Positions 36,899 through 49,519 of a DNA stretch of 64,000 nt are shown here, one piece after another (the stretch's first letter is position 1; each line of letters opens with the position of its first letter). Location of the stretch: NCBI RefSeq assembly GCF_000143415.4, contig NW_003314316.1, positions 453,220-517,219 of the forward strand, given 5' to 3'. Both the position numbers and the translations under genes were made by a program. This DNA comes from Selaginella moellendorffii. Lineage: Eukaryota; Plantae; Lycopodiophyta. The notes below the pieces were generated by a model. That model was not told the DNA's origin. It saw only the letters and a list, made by a program, of their open reading frames with translations, and made no database searches.

Positions 36899-37946
36899 AT
36901 GTCCACTGTGCGGGGGATCCAGAAGTGACGGAGGCTGAGTGGGTCGAATCGGTTCTTTCTTTTTGGCCTCCCGATCATAGCTGGGTCCGTCATTGGCTAC
37001 GTTGGCATCGCTCAGATCGTTGCTGGGAGGTAACAAGCATTTTTTTTTTTCACTTTAATTGATTTTCTGGGATTCTAGAACTGAGGTTGTCCACGAGCGC
37101 GACGAGAGGGATTGGGAGCTTCTCAAAGTGACGCAGGCCCTTTCCAAGGAGGGGATTCTCAAGAACTTCAAGCAGAGGAAACCCACCACACTCGAGGAAG
37201 AGCTCAAGGTGATTGCTCTTGATATGCGAGTAAGATGTAATTGTTTCTGTAATGCAGGCGATCCAGCAGCAAGTAGACATCAACAACTTCCGAGTACAAG
37301 AAAGTTCCACGGCCCGGAGAGAAAGCCGACAAGTGAATGGTATATCAAGCGATCGATCAACCTTTCCATTCAGTCTTTTTGCCTGGATAGGATCACGAGA
37401 AACGCAAGTGTCAAGGAACAAAGCTCACAGAGGTTTACGCAATTCGTGGGAGCGATCTCAACCATAGTCGCATTTGGTGAGTGAATATTTTGGATTCTCA
37501 ATCTGAATCGCTGACAGTCGCGAACTACAAATCCAGGAGTGTATGTTATTTAGGCGTGTCTCCCCGAACCTTGGCTTCATTATCTTGGAATAACGTCCTA
37601 TCCTGAGAAGTAACCTTTGGAAATCTACAAAGCTTTTTTATTGTTAGCTCACAGGTATTGGGCTGTTGTGGTCCCTAGGCTTTTTATGCTTGCAATTCCG
37701 TTTGTTCTTCTCACTTACGCGAGTTTGAACCATCTGGCAACACCCCCAGCTTCGTCCTTGAACACCTTGTTTGGTAAAAATTGGATCATACAATCTATCC
37801 TATTTTTTCTTATTGATAAGTGGCACATTCTAGATGATCACACGCGGGAGCCAGTAACAGTTGCTGGTGGACAGGCAATTCAGCCCATCGGGGATTTGCC
37901 ATTAGTTCAAGTGAATCGGGCAATGTTTGTGAAACCTCTCGGATGA
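36899..37946 (+). pseudogene. Inverted pseudogenised duplicate of the COX16 and PIG-P pair
   Basis: Highly similar to the reverse complement of ~25905-27105, introns included. COX16 has a TGA at 36926 and a +1 frameshift near 37290. PIG-P has a frameshift near 37441 and TGG>TAG near 37551. Confidence 0.88.
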
Positions 37947-38665
37947 GGTCATGTGAAAACTTGTGATCAAGGAGGATCATTAAAGGAGTTTTTTTTAAAG
38001 AGCTAGATAGTATGGCACGCTTCTCCACAGCTACAAGATGGTGGTAATCTAAATAACTATCTTCAAGATCTTTTACTTTATATGACGAAGGATGTGAAAT
38101 TGATTCTGTTCTATCCATGAGGATTGACATGTAGGCGCTGACGAGTGAAATATAGAGTGTAGGCAGTGAGAGTAGGTACAAGACTTTCCAAAAACAAGTA
38201 TTATTATTAAGGAAAAAATGAGTTTACATATTTTGTGCTCAGTCTTTGAATTCTTTAAAGTACATAAGGACTTTGGCATTACTTTGGCACAATAAACTCC
38301 TCTAGAATGCTCCCAACACTAGAATGCTGTTCAATATATGATTCACATGGTTGGGCTGGTAAGTATTATTCTAAAAGCAGTTATTTATTTATTTTTTTCG
38401 GCTTTGGTGAGCTCGTCTCCAGAAATAGAAATCATATTTTGTATAGAGTTAAATTTAAAAATTTTAAACATCAGTTTTTCTAAGTACTTCTAGAAGAACT
38501 TGGACTATAATAACATTGTGGTCATTGCATCCAATCCAACCTACCCTCTCGCCCTACTCTCTTGGTCTAAGTGAGAAAAATGTAAAGGGTGTTTGACCAA
38601 AATCTAACCTCTTACATATTATAAATCTTACACACCCAAAGCTCTAGTCACTTGCAAATTTAACG

Positions 38666-40275
38666 ATGTTGAGATTGATATGTTTTGCTACTTTACTCTC
38701 AGTTGTGTATTCTGGATATAACTTGAACTCCTCCAATTTTATCAAAGAGGCATCTACTATTTCTGAGTTAGAAGAGTATGATTACATTATCGTTGGAGGA
38801 GGAACTGCTGGATGTCCATTAGCAGCTACGCTTTCTGAGTATTTCAAGGTACTTGTTCTAGAACGTGGAGGTTCACCATATAGAAATCCAAATATTACAC
38901 AACAATCAAATATTGCAAATGCCCCACGCCAAGACCCTGCATTTCAACAATTCACATCTGAGGACGGGGTTGCTAATCTTCGAGCAAATGTATTGGGTGG
39001 AGGGAGCAGTATAAATGGAGGGCTCTATTCTCGTGCAGAGTTGAGTTTTCTTCGCCAAGCAAAGCTAGATGAGACAACTGTGAATAAGTCATATGCATGG
39101 GTCGAAAAGGTTGTAGCATTTGAACCAACTTACAAAAATGCATTTCAATCTGCTACTCGTACTGCTCTTGTAACAGTTGGGGGTATAATTCCAGAGTATA
39201 ATTTTACATATGATGATGTAATTGGAACTAAGACAGCAGGAATTACATTTGATCTTAATGGACACCGGCATCCATCCCCAGATTTGCTTTTTGAATATGC
39301 GAATCCTCACAACATTCTGGTTCTTTTACATGCAACTGTAGAAAGGATCATTATAAGAAATAAAGGTACTTTAAAAATTAGTTATTTAATGCTTTATATT
39401 TATATTCTGATTTAGGATCCGCAAAGTCAGCATTTGGAGTTATGTTTAAAGACAATATTGGTCAAACTCACACTGCAATATTAAATGAGAAAACTGGAGG
39501 TGAAGTAATAGTTTGTGCAGGTGCTCTTGGAAGTCCACAATTACTAATGCTAAGTGGAATTGGCCCAATAGAACATCTTAAACCCCTTGGTATGAACTTG
39601 GTACTGAATTCTCCTCAAGTTGGAAAAGAGATGAGAGATAATCCATCAGGAGTAATGGTATTACCATCTCCAATTCCACTTGGTAATTTTTGGAGTCCTC
39701 TTACTGTTGGAGTTGCAAGTGCTGGCTTTTTAGTGGAAACAATGGGACTTGGAACTTCAGGTCGGCTTTTAGTGAAAGTTAAAGGTCCACAATCTTTTGG
39801 AGAGCTGCTTCTCAAATCCAAAAATGCAAGTGAAACTCCATCTGTGAGGTTTAACTACTTTAAAAGCCCAGAGGATATACAAAGATGTGTTGCTGGAATA
39901 AACACCTTAGAGGAGATGGCTTTATCAAGTGTTTTTGCACCCTATCGATATGATAACCAAACGCTGCCATCAGGAGGTACTGTTTTATTGCCAAATCGAC
40001 GGAATTCTTTGTTCCTAAAGAGCATCAACAGCACTATAGCTGATTATTGCAAGAAAAATATTGGAACATTTTATCATTATCATGGTGGCTGCCTGAAAGG
40101 GGAAGTTATCGATGATAACTACAAGGTTATTGGTACCAATAATTTACGAGTTGTAGATGGCTCTACGTTTAAATCCTCTCCAGGGACAAACCCTCAAGCT
40201 ACAGTGATGATGTTAGGACGATATGTGGGAACTAAATTACTTCTGGAGAAAGAGAAAAAGAAAAAGAAATGTTAG
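38666..40275 (+). CDS. Secreted GMC oxidoreductase (HOTHEAD/mandelonitrile lyase-like), 2 exons
   Basis: YDYIIVGGGTAGCPLAATLS, LGGGSSINGG, GALGSPQLLMLSGIGP, HYHGGC, LRVVDGS..PGTNPQATVMMLGRY. Intron ~39366-39415. Confidence 0.93.
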
Positions 40276-40336
40276 ACTCAATTAAATAATAAGATAATAA
40301 AACGAATTTTTCCGTCTTTGCCTTTATTTCTTCTTA

Positions 40337-40660
40337 GGTGTCGCAAATCGCTCCAGCAGTGGCGCCCCTAGAGCCTTCTCTTTTCACTGCATAAGTAAGG
40401 GATTCTAGCAGAGCAGGAGATGGAGAGTTCTGATGAGCCCGAAATTTTCTTCCCGTTTGATGACCAACCGAGACAAGCCGGCAGAGGCGAAGAAGAAATG
40501 CGGTGGTTTCTTTGACGATCCGGAAGATTATTCGCCGCAGAGAAAGGAGAGAGAAGCGAACGAATTTCTCTACCTCCTGCTCTTGGATCGTGAAAAATTC
40601 TATGCGTCAAAGGTTCGCGTGGTTCTCTTTAGCTGGCTCTTGACACCCTGGCTTGCGTGG
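40337..40660 (+). pseudogene. Condensed fragment copy of the DDX11 5' exon (inverted)
   Basis: RDKPAEAKKKCGGFFDDPEDYSPQR versus DDX11 [30 protein letters not shown]. Also retains the intron sequence CTCTTTAGCTGGCTCTTGAC. Confidence 0.75.
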
Positions 40661-40948
40661 CCGTACTCAGTGCTTCCAGGATCAAAAAGAAGAAGTCGTC
40701 GAGCTGACTCCTTCCTTGTTTTTCAATCACAGCTTTTTCCAGATGGATGCAAAAGAGTGGCATGTCCTTTCTAAGGAAGCAGCGGCTGCAAAAGAGTGAT
40801 GGCTTTCCTCATACATCTCGCCAGACACTTGGAACGCGTTCTTACTATGGGCACACAACGTATCTCTCGACCTTCGAGGTTCTATAACGCGTCTTTCGAT
40901 ACAAAGGAATGAACCTTTGGCTTAAAACCAAGATCAATTATGTGCTGA

Positions 40949-41029
40949 GTTGAGATGGCCGAGTTGGTCCAAGGCGCCAGATTAAGGTTCTGGTCCGTAA
41001 GGGCGTGGGTTCGAATCCCACTCTCAACA
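40949..41029 (+). tRNA. tRNA-Leu(AAG)
   Basis: GTTGAGA/TCTCAAC acceptor stem, CCAGA-TTAAGGT-TCTGG anticodon arm, long variable arm, GGTTCGAATCC. Confidence 0.95.
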
Positions 41030-41199
41030 GGTGAAATCGTTTTCTCGGTTGTAAGACAAATGGCGTTATTTTGGGATTTGATGGCGCTTGCCAAGTTGCC
41101 ATCTTCAAGGTGGCGGTGATTTTTACCTTGACGTTCTACACGAATGGTGAAAACGTCACAGCGTGAAAGTTACCTCGCTAGGATCATCAGGTAACAGTG

Positions 41200-41560
41200 G
41201 CAAGGAATGGAAATGTTGGTGCTCGAAAAATTTGCAGCAATCAGCATGGGTTCAAGCATGGAGCATGACCTCCTGGTATACTCACTGCTGCAAGCCTGCC
41301 GGGTCTGGAGCAACGACGAGGACTGTGTCCTCCTCACCGCTTACAATGCCAGATGGGAGCATCACCCTCGACCACTTCACGTCTGCCTCTGGACCAAGTC
41401 GCGCATGGATGAAGCTCCCGCTCCCGCCCGGCTCCTTCTTTGACATCATCGCCTCCTCCGTAGGCCTGGTGCTCATCCGGCAGCCGTTGTGGCCCGACCG
41501 TGAGACTCCAGGGGTAGAGTTCACAGTGCGAAATCCAACCATCAGGAGATAGCCAGGCGA
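41200..41560 (+). pseudogene. F-box-associated/kelch-like remnant
   Basis: WMKLPLPP..IIASSVGLV..VRNPTIRR pattern; frameshifted. Confidence 0.4.
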
Positions 41561-41689
41561 ATAATCTACAGACCCGGGGACTGGGGAATTCAAGTTGCAA
41601 TCATGCTTGCGGGTGCCGAGGTTTTCTTCGTCTAAGATCTTCGACAATCTTCCTCCGCAAAGGCAGGAGAGCGTGTCCGCCAAGCAGAT

Positions 41690-42050
41690 GACTACGTCGG
41701 CAGCGGTGTTCTTGCTGGAACATCAGATCGAATCGCTCGAGACAATGACCAGCAAGGATGTGAGATCTTCTGGCTTCACCAAGAGTGAGTTCACAAATCT
41801 CCTGATCAATTATATCTAAAGATGTGAACAATTTGTTCTCCTATGCAGAATGCCTTCGAGGTTTGAAACTTTCTTGGCAGGCTGGAACTTTTGGAGTACG
41901 CAGACTCTCTGGAGGCCTCTGGGAGAACTCTGACTTCGTTGCCAAGAATGAGTTCTTCTTTCTTGACAAGTACGGCATGAAGAAGAGTCACGCTTCTCGC
42001 TTCCTGGAACACAAAGAAGAAAACAAGCAGCACAAACTTCGACAATGTTG
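41690..42050 (+). pseudogene. Degenerate paralog of the SAM-like gene at 24396-24867
   Basis: IESLETMTSKDVRSSGFTK and YAECL..DKYGMKKSHASRFLEHKEENKQ versus VESLKSMTRKDVKALGLTK and KYGMEKDDALRFLEHREENRQ. Confidence 0.6.
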
Positions 42051-42104
42051 GTGTTATGGTATGGTCAAATACTTGGTGCGATATCACATTTCTTAGATCC
42101 AAAC

Positions 42105-42420
42105 CCGAACCTTTGGTTGACGCAGAGTTTTCCGCAATCCTAGAGTGAAAGCGGCACCTCTTCTCCTTCGTCACCCTCTTTGTCTTTGTCACTGCCAATT
42201 CGCTATAAGAACCACCTCGCTTTCGTTTCATGGTGGTGGTCGATCCACCACCATTTGTTGTCATTGTCATCCAAGATAATGGAAGACTTACTGTCAGACG
42301 ATAGGTTTCCACTCACCTTTCTCTTCGCTTGTCTCTCTTGGTCATCAAACTGGAAGGTCTTTCATCCAGTCCGGCTCATCAGAATCCTTGTCGGCCTCTC
42401 CTCCTCCTCTACTAGAATCA
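42105..42420 (-). pseudogene. Second DDX11 5'-exon fragment
   Basis: TTMKRKRGGSYSE versus DDX11 [13 protein letters not shown]; shares CCGGCTCATCAGAATCCTTGTC. Confidence 0.75.
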
Positions 42421-43299
42421 CGAGACAGCCACAAATCGCTTCCTGAAGGATGTGAAATCTCCTTATAAAGCAGCTCTACAGAGAAGAGGTATTAATTCCT
42501 AGAAAATATAGAAGATTTCAAGCTGGCGAAGCATACTTTGTATCCAGGTGTCCCATGCCACCTTTTACGACAGCAGTAACATCCACAACTTCATCAGTTC
42601 TAAACGCTTGCTCAGTCTTGCATCATGACTTAGCGTCTTTCACTAGGTTATCACCTTGGACAGATAGAATTGAACATTCTGGGCAAATGTGTATGTAAAT
42701 CTTGTATTTTTTATTTTGGACTTTCCTGATGTCACTTTTAATTTTTATCTTGATGAGATCTCTCACCAGCGTAAAGTTAGTAATGCTGGCTACAAATCCT
42801 TGAAATTTTCTTCACAGATGCAAGATGGAGTTGTCTGTGATAATCTAGGTTATCTTGTGTTTTCGCTGGAACGAAGCAGCAAAGGTCAAATATCTAAAGC
42901 TCTTTACTCTGCTTAAAAAGCAAAAGAGTAAAGGGGTGCAAGCTTGCTTAGGACGTATTCTTTCTCTCTCTTTGATCTGCTTGTGATCAGCTGTGAATGG
43001 TGAACTACCCTTCCCACTCAGCTGAACCAGATGGTGAGCGCACTCCCTATGTCCTCTTGCTTTCAGTTCTATGCGCATATAGTTCAAGTGCCAGCCAACG
43101 ATTCTCAGGTATTGATGGATTAAAATACGATAACATGTACCAATGATTTTGCAAGAACCGCATCAAGAAAAATGAATCGACAACAACATTTCAAAACATG
43201 TCCAGGCCTCGTTTTTCCTGGTTGGCAACCGAACTTACGACTGTAAGCAATAGCATGACACTCATCTTGTTTGTACATAGATTAATAGCATTGAAAAGT

Positions 43300-43827
43300 T
43301 TAAATGATACAAGTTTTCAAGCTGGCAAAGCATACTTTGTAGAGAAGAACGTTGTTAAGGCCATAGTTGTAAGTGCTGATGGTCGTGCTGGTGGCGTTTC
43401 CAGCAGCATCGCGAAAAATTCCCGTGCCACCTTTCACAACAGCAGTAACATCCACAACTCCATTAGTTCTAAACCCCTGGAAGTTAAAGTAGGCTCCGTC
43501 CAAATCATAAAACTTGAACTGACCCTTGCGAAAAGAGATCGATCCGTCTGACGCCGTGGAAACAAGCACTGCAAGTAGGACCCCAACTTGTCTCGAGCTG
43601 TACTCAGGTCCTTCAGTGAGTTTTGTCGAGAAAAGCAGGGGATAGCCAAAGGGATATGGAGGAAGGCGTTTGCATCCACTCCCTGGGATGCTCACAAGGT
43701 TTGATACCTGAGAATCGTTAGCTGGAACTCGAATTATATGCGCATAGAACACAAAGCAAGAGCATTTAGAATCTTCCCCACAGGCAGATCCAAGAGCTAG
43801 AAACAGCACAACCAAGATGAGTGTCAT
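43300..43827 (-). CDS. Dirigent-like secreted protein
   Basis: Signal peptide, FYAH, FG..KLTEGPEYSSRQVG, VVKGGTGIFRDAAG; single exon. Confidence 0.85.
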   Translation of the reverse strand: MTLILVVLFLALGSACGEDSKCSCFVFYAHIIRVPANDSQVSNLVSIPGSGCKRLPPYPFGYPLLFSTKLTEGPEYSSRQVGVLLAVLVSTASDGSISFRKGQFKFYDLDGAYFNFQGFRTNGVVDVTAVVKGGTGIFRDAAGNATSTTISTYNYGLNNVLLYKVCFASLKTCII

Positions 43828-44379
43828 GTTATTATTGCCTCCCCAAAGCTTGATGAATTTGTGCTAAAGAAGCAAGTTCGGTTGCCAACCAACGTTGAAA
43901 AAAGTTGAAATGTTACTGTTGATTCTTTTTTATTGATGGATATATTTAGAATATACTTAATTATTTTAGAATATCTACCATCTAACGGTTGTTATTCATT
44001 TAGATTAATTTTGTATTTATAATTTATAAACATGTTTATAATAAACTTTCTTAAACCCTTTCTAGTATGTTCATTTTTATTCTATCATATAATGGTTGAT
44101 ATGCAATAAGATTAATCTTGTGTTTATAAATTACAAACATGCTTATAATTATAAACTTTATTTGGTTAATTGAATTAATAAGTAATAATAAAAGTAATAT
44201 TAAGCAAACAATTTGTTTTAATTATTATTATTAGTATTATGTAATATAATACTATTACCTTCGTGACAAAAACAAAAGGTTCAGGGTTTAAGAAGGAAAG
44301 AAAAGGGATATCACATTTTTGTTTGGAGCCCTAACCCGTGTAGGGTTTTTTCCTCAGCTGAGTTCTCTCGCCTCCGGGC

Positions 44380-47300
44380 ATGGCGGCCGATCTCAACGCC
44401 GTCTATACGCTCCTCCAGAAGGCGCTGAGCCCGGAAGAATCCATGCGCAAGTCGGCCGAGGCAAATCTCACGGCGCTTGAGAGTCTGCCGGGTTTTTGCT
44501 CGTGCCTGCTGGTATGTAAATAAATCCCTTCGATACCTTCCCTCTCCAGGGCTCTCATGGAAATTTCGCCTCCAGGAGATCATAGCGACGCGAGACTTGG
44601 ACGATCAGAGCGATGCGCGATGGCTGGCTTCGGTTTATTTCAAGAACAGCATCAATCGTTACTGGAGACATAGACGCGATGCGCCGTAAGTGGTTTGCGC
44701 AATGCGTCTTGGTTATTCTTCTTACGGAATTCTTTTTCCAGTGGGATTCCCGACGTAGAGAAACCATATCTACGTACGAAGCTCCTTGGCTTGATAAGGG
44801 AGGAGAATCAAAAGGCATGTCCTTGATAGTTTCTTTCTCACAAGCCATTTTTTGTTGACATTCTTTGGTGGATGCACAGGTTGCTGTTCAGCTCGCTGTG
44901 TTGATCGCAAAGATTGCTCGGATCGACTATCCTCGCGAATGGTATCTCGTAGAGCATTGGCCAAGTTTCACGCATTTTGGTTGCTGGCTGCATTGTCACT
45001 AGAGAAAGCGTTTCCAGGCTTGGTTTCATCTGTGGCTCATGGTTTGCAGGCAAGACTTGTTTCCAAATCTGCTACAGAACCTCCAGTCCTCGGACGTGCT
45101 TACTACTCTGAGAGTGTATATGGTTCTTTACCAGATATTGAAGGAGCTTTCTACAATGCGTCTCGCAGCACACCAACAGAACTTTCACACGGTATTAGCT
45201 CGTCCAGCAATTGACGCTGAATGCACCTATTTTAATAGCTTCTTGCAGATCACGTCTCAACTATTCGACTTCACTTGGCAGCACTGGTGTGCTGATACTC
45301 AGGCTATCGTTAATGAGTTTTCGGCCTTCCTTTCGAGTTCAGATAGATTTGTGTCGTCCACACAAACGTTGCCAATGATCCTCGAGAGATGGTTACTATG
45401 CGTAAAAGTTCTCGGTCGTATGCTAGTATTTGGTTTTCCTAGCGATTTGAACTCTGTACAGGTATGATTGTTCCTGCAGGTGATATTACTAGTCTGATGT
45501 TTTATTTTATTCATTCATGATAGGAAGTCCCACCCGTTAAGCAGGTTTGTCCAGCTATCTTACAAACGATTAAGTCGTTCCTACAGTACAGTAAGATATA
45601 CTTCAATGTGCAGGGTATACACTCACTCACCATTGTAACTTGCAGGAGCGGCATTTCCTGGCACACATCAATTGCATTCTTTTATGGAGAAGGCACTATT
45701 AAAACTTATGAAAGTTCTGGTTACGGTTCAAAATCATCATCCATTCTCGTTCAGCAGCGAGCTTGTTCTTCCTCCAGTCCTCAACTTCGCCTGCGACCAG
45801 ATAACGGAGCAGAAGTGGGACACTGATTTGTTCGAGCCTTTCTTAATGCGATGCATGCATTGCGTTCAACAAGTATTGCAATGTAAAGCGTATAGGCCAA
45901 GTAAAACAGGGCGAGTTCTTGGTGAGATCTCTTTAACAAGAGACGAGACCAAAGCCAAGCTAGCTAGACAGGCTGAACAGCTACTGAGCTCGTTACTGGA
46001 CAAGAAACGCGTGTTGCTGCTATGTGAGACGCTCTTGAGAAGGTTTGCTCTAGAAACACAGCTTCAGTATTCTGACCGTATGCTCTCTATAACCCAGGTA
46101 CCTTGTCTATACGTCCAAAGATTTGGAAGACTGGGCACAGGATCCAGAAGGATTTCATCACGAGCAATCTCTAGTGCAATATCATGACAAACTTCGACCC
46201 TGTGCGGAGGCGCTCTACATTGGATTATTTGAAAATCATCGTGAGGTAGGCTGGCGACGTAAATAGGTACTATGTTCTTGTCGGATCATGTTTTTTGTTA
46301 CAGGTTCTTACACCTTATGTTGTTGAAGTGCTTCAACAAGTATCACAAGATTGCCCGCCACCAGAACCAGATGCAATTGTGCAGTTAAGCCCGGCTTTGC
46401 TTACTAAAGAAGCTGTTTATGCTGGGATTGGTCTTGCATATTATGACCTCCATGACTACATTGACTTCAAGCTTTGGTATGGTCTTTTGTAACTCACGAT
46501 TTCAGTATAACCGCAAAAGACTCTGTTTAATCAGGTACGAAGGGGCTTTGGTCAAGGAGTTGAGGAATCTTCATCCCAACAACCGATTACTTCGCAGAAG
46601 AATAGCTTGGCTTGTCGGGCAATGGGTCAGTAAGGTATGTAATGGTTGAAATCCTCGGATTCCTAGCTGACTTTAAGATTCCTCAGATCGATAAGGATTT
46701 GAGGAGGCCGATTTACGTTTCGCTTTTAAGATTACTTGGCGATGGTGATCTTGCTGTCCAGGTATGTATTCGGCTTGTTTAGTACATACTTGTAAGACCA
46801 CCCGTGCAGCTAGCTGCTTGCCATTCCTTGCAAACTCTGATTGATGATGTCCACTTCTATGAAGAAGAGTTTGTGGAGTTCGTTTCTCCATGCTTGGAGC
46901 TTCTTTTCGTGTTTATGAAAAATGCTCAGGAGCTGGACTCGAAGGTTAGTGTTCTTTATTTCTATATTGTCGTTACTTCTTTTGCGTTGTGCAGCTGCAA
47001 GTATTCAGCTTGGTCACGCTTATCATTGAACGCCTTGGGGAGAAAGTCGTGCCATGCACGGAGAAGATTATGATATTTCTACCTCAAGTACGAGAATTTT
47101 CTCTTCTTTTGTTTTTAATGGATTTTTTTTTTCGGTGCAGGTTTGGCAGAACTCTGAGGGACAAAGTCTCTTGAAGATTCAAGTGGTTTTGGCCTTGCAA
47201 CGGCTTGTTGCAGCCCTCGGTTCACAGTCACCGTGCTGCTATACTCTACTCGTTCCCATCCTACAGCATGTGACTGACGTCAATCAGCCTGATGAGCTCA

Positions 47301-48651
47301 ACATACTAGAAGATGGCTTGCAGGTAGCCAGTTTCTATTAACTTGAATTTATCGCTAATTTCGTCTATAGCTGTGGAGCACAACTCTTAGACATGCTCCA
47401 GTTATGATCCCTGAGCTCCTGGTTTTCTTCCCTCACCTGGTGTCCGCATTGGAAAGAAGCATCGACCATTTAGAGGTACTTGCAACAAAAAAAAATTGTT
47501 TTCTTTTTCATTGGTATAAATGTTTGGCGCAGGTCTCTATGGGGATCGTTGAAAGCTACGTTCTTCTCGGTGGCGCAGAATTTCTAAGTCGTCATGGTGC
47601 TGGTGTAGCCAGCATCTTCAAGATGGTGATTGGTCATGTTAAAGAAAAAGGAACAATTCGCGCGTTATCGGTTCTAGATACGCTGATTCAGGTACTTTAC
47701 ACCTCATTTTGGATCGCGCTGCCCTTACTACGTGTTTCTCTCGTGCAGTGTTTTCCTGTGGATGCACCGCCGCTGTTGGAAGAGACCTTGCAGGTAGAGT
47801 GTGAGATCAGAATCGGGCTTTGGAGTAACGCTCTTTTGTTTGTGTCGGCAGTCGCTCTTCGTGATTGTGATTAATGGCCGGGATGAAAGTGATGCTGTGA
47901 GGGCAATGGCGGGAGCTATTTTGGCACGAGTTCTCGTTCAAAACAGTAATTTTTTTGCACATTTGAGTGAGCAGCCATCTCTGTCGCTCAAGTTGCAACA
48001 ATCAGGAGTGTCTCTCAGCGCAAGTCCGGTGGTGCTATTTTTCGATTCCTGGCTAGAAAAGGTCGATGTCTGGGGTGACTTTAAATTTCCATAGCCTCAT
48101 GACTCGTATGGCAGGTCGATTCCTTGACAACTGCGTCAAAACGAAAGGTGTGCGGGCTTGCGCTTTGCATTTGGTTGACGTCCCGGGAGCCGCTTATACT
48201 CGACAGACTGGAGCAAATATTGGGGTGAGGTTTCTGGCTTTGTATTCTCTCTGTGTTTATGGGATTGTTTCCAGAGTGTGCACAAGCATTCTCGAAGATG
48301 AGAAGAGCGGAGTTGCAACAGGCAGGTCAGGATATCTTTGCGTGCGTTGTTTTGTCCACTCACCGCCATCTCCTTCCTACAGTGGTGATTACAACTGGCA
48401 AAACACAGAAGACGGGAGCGAGTCTTTCAGGAAGCAACAGGTGTGGTTGTGGTTTCCATTCTCTAACTCATTGTAACTTGTGATGAAATTCCTTCCAGAT
48501 TATCAACTCGGATCCTGTGAACAATCTCTCGCTCGCTCCCTTGCTCAAGGAGCAGCTGCGGACTTGTGCCAGCCTCCACGGCGAGGCGGCATTCAACGTT
48601 GCTCTGTCGAGATTACACCCCAGGCTGATCACGCAACTACAGCAGCTATGA
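44380..48651 (+). CDS. Importin-beta family protein, importin-11/Kap120-like, multi-exon
   Basis: RKSAEANL..PGFCSCLL, RWLASVYFKNSINRYWR, IAKIARIDYPREW, LRPCAEALY, LLRRRIAWLVGQWV. Confidence 0.9.
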
Positions 48652-49000
48652 CGGCGATCTCAAATCTCTGGGTGCTCGGTTCTCAAGGACACGCTGTAAA
48701 AAAATGCGAGCTAGGTGACAAGTTTTTTTTCTCGGGTTTCAAGTAAGTCCATCGTCTATGTACTTCGCTTACCTTTGTGTGCAGGATTTTACTGAGCAAG
48801 GCGGGGGGGTAAAAATAAGCCATAAAAAGAAAAAACGAATTTTGTGTCGCGTGTTTCGTGTGATGGTCCAAAATGGGATCATAATAATCGTGTAAAAAAA
48901 TTCAAATTTGTTTTGTTTTAAATATCTAACTTTGTGTATAAATTTATAAACGCTGATTACTTTAGATTAAACTCAGTTTTAATAGCGAAAAGTCACTTTT

Positions 49001-49429
49001 TTAAGAGAAGAAGGTAGAACAGATCATACCACGCGCCCTTTCCTTGCCAAGCAGTCCGACTTTCTCGAGCGTGGCATCCAAGAGCTTGATATCCTTGTCT
49101 TTAACTTGGAAATTTGCAATGGGCACCACTTCATAGCCCGATATGTGCTGTCCACACCTCTCGACACATATGTAGATGTGATTTTCCCAATCGTTCCCGG
49201 AGCAACAGTCCACCGAGTCCAACACTTCAAAGCTCTTGCCCAGGTAAAAAGCCACAGCCTCTGTGAAACCCATTTGGCCCACAGCCTCATCAAACGACAG
49301 ATCTTTCTTCGCTTTCTTCTTGCCGCTGGAATCCTCTCTTTTGGGATACTTCTGCCTCAGTGCTTCTTCCACCACGTCCCTTGAAAAGGTGCAGCCGTAA
49401 AACACAAACCCGCTCGCATCAACACCCAT
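49001..49429 (-). CDS. Intronless 142-aa protein of unknown function
   Basis: Clean ORF with CATCATGG Kozak context and globular-looking composition (MGVDASGFVFYGC..). Confidence 0.65.
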   Translation of the reverse strand: MGVDASGFVFYGCTFSRDVVEEALRQKYPKREDSSGKKKAKKDLSFDEAVGQMGFTEAVAFYLGKSFEVLDSVDCCSGNDWENHIYICVERCGQHISGYEVVPIANFQVKDKDIKLLDATLEKVGLLGKERARGMICSTFFS

Positions 49430-49519
49430 GATGGAACCTAAGAGAGAAAAAAAAAGGAACTTGGATACCTTAAATAAGAGCGAGTAGTACCTCTTAAGCT
49501 TGTGACAAAACTATTGGTT

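Noticed and set aside
43920-44260. Extremely AT-rich tract
   Set aside because: Could be a MITE remnant, but I could not define TIRs or a TSD.
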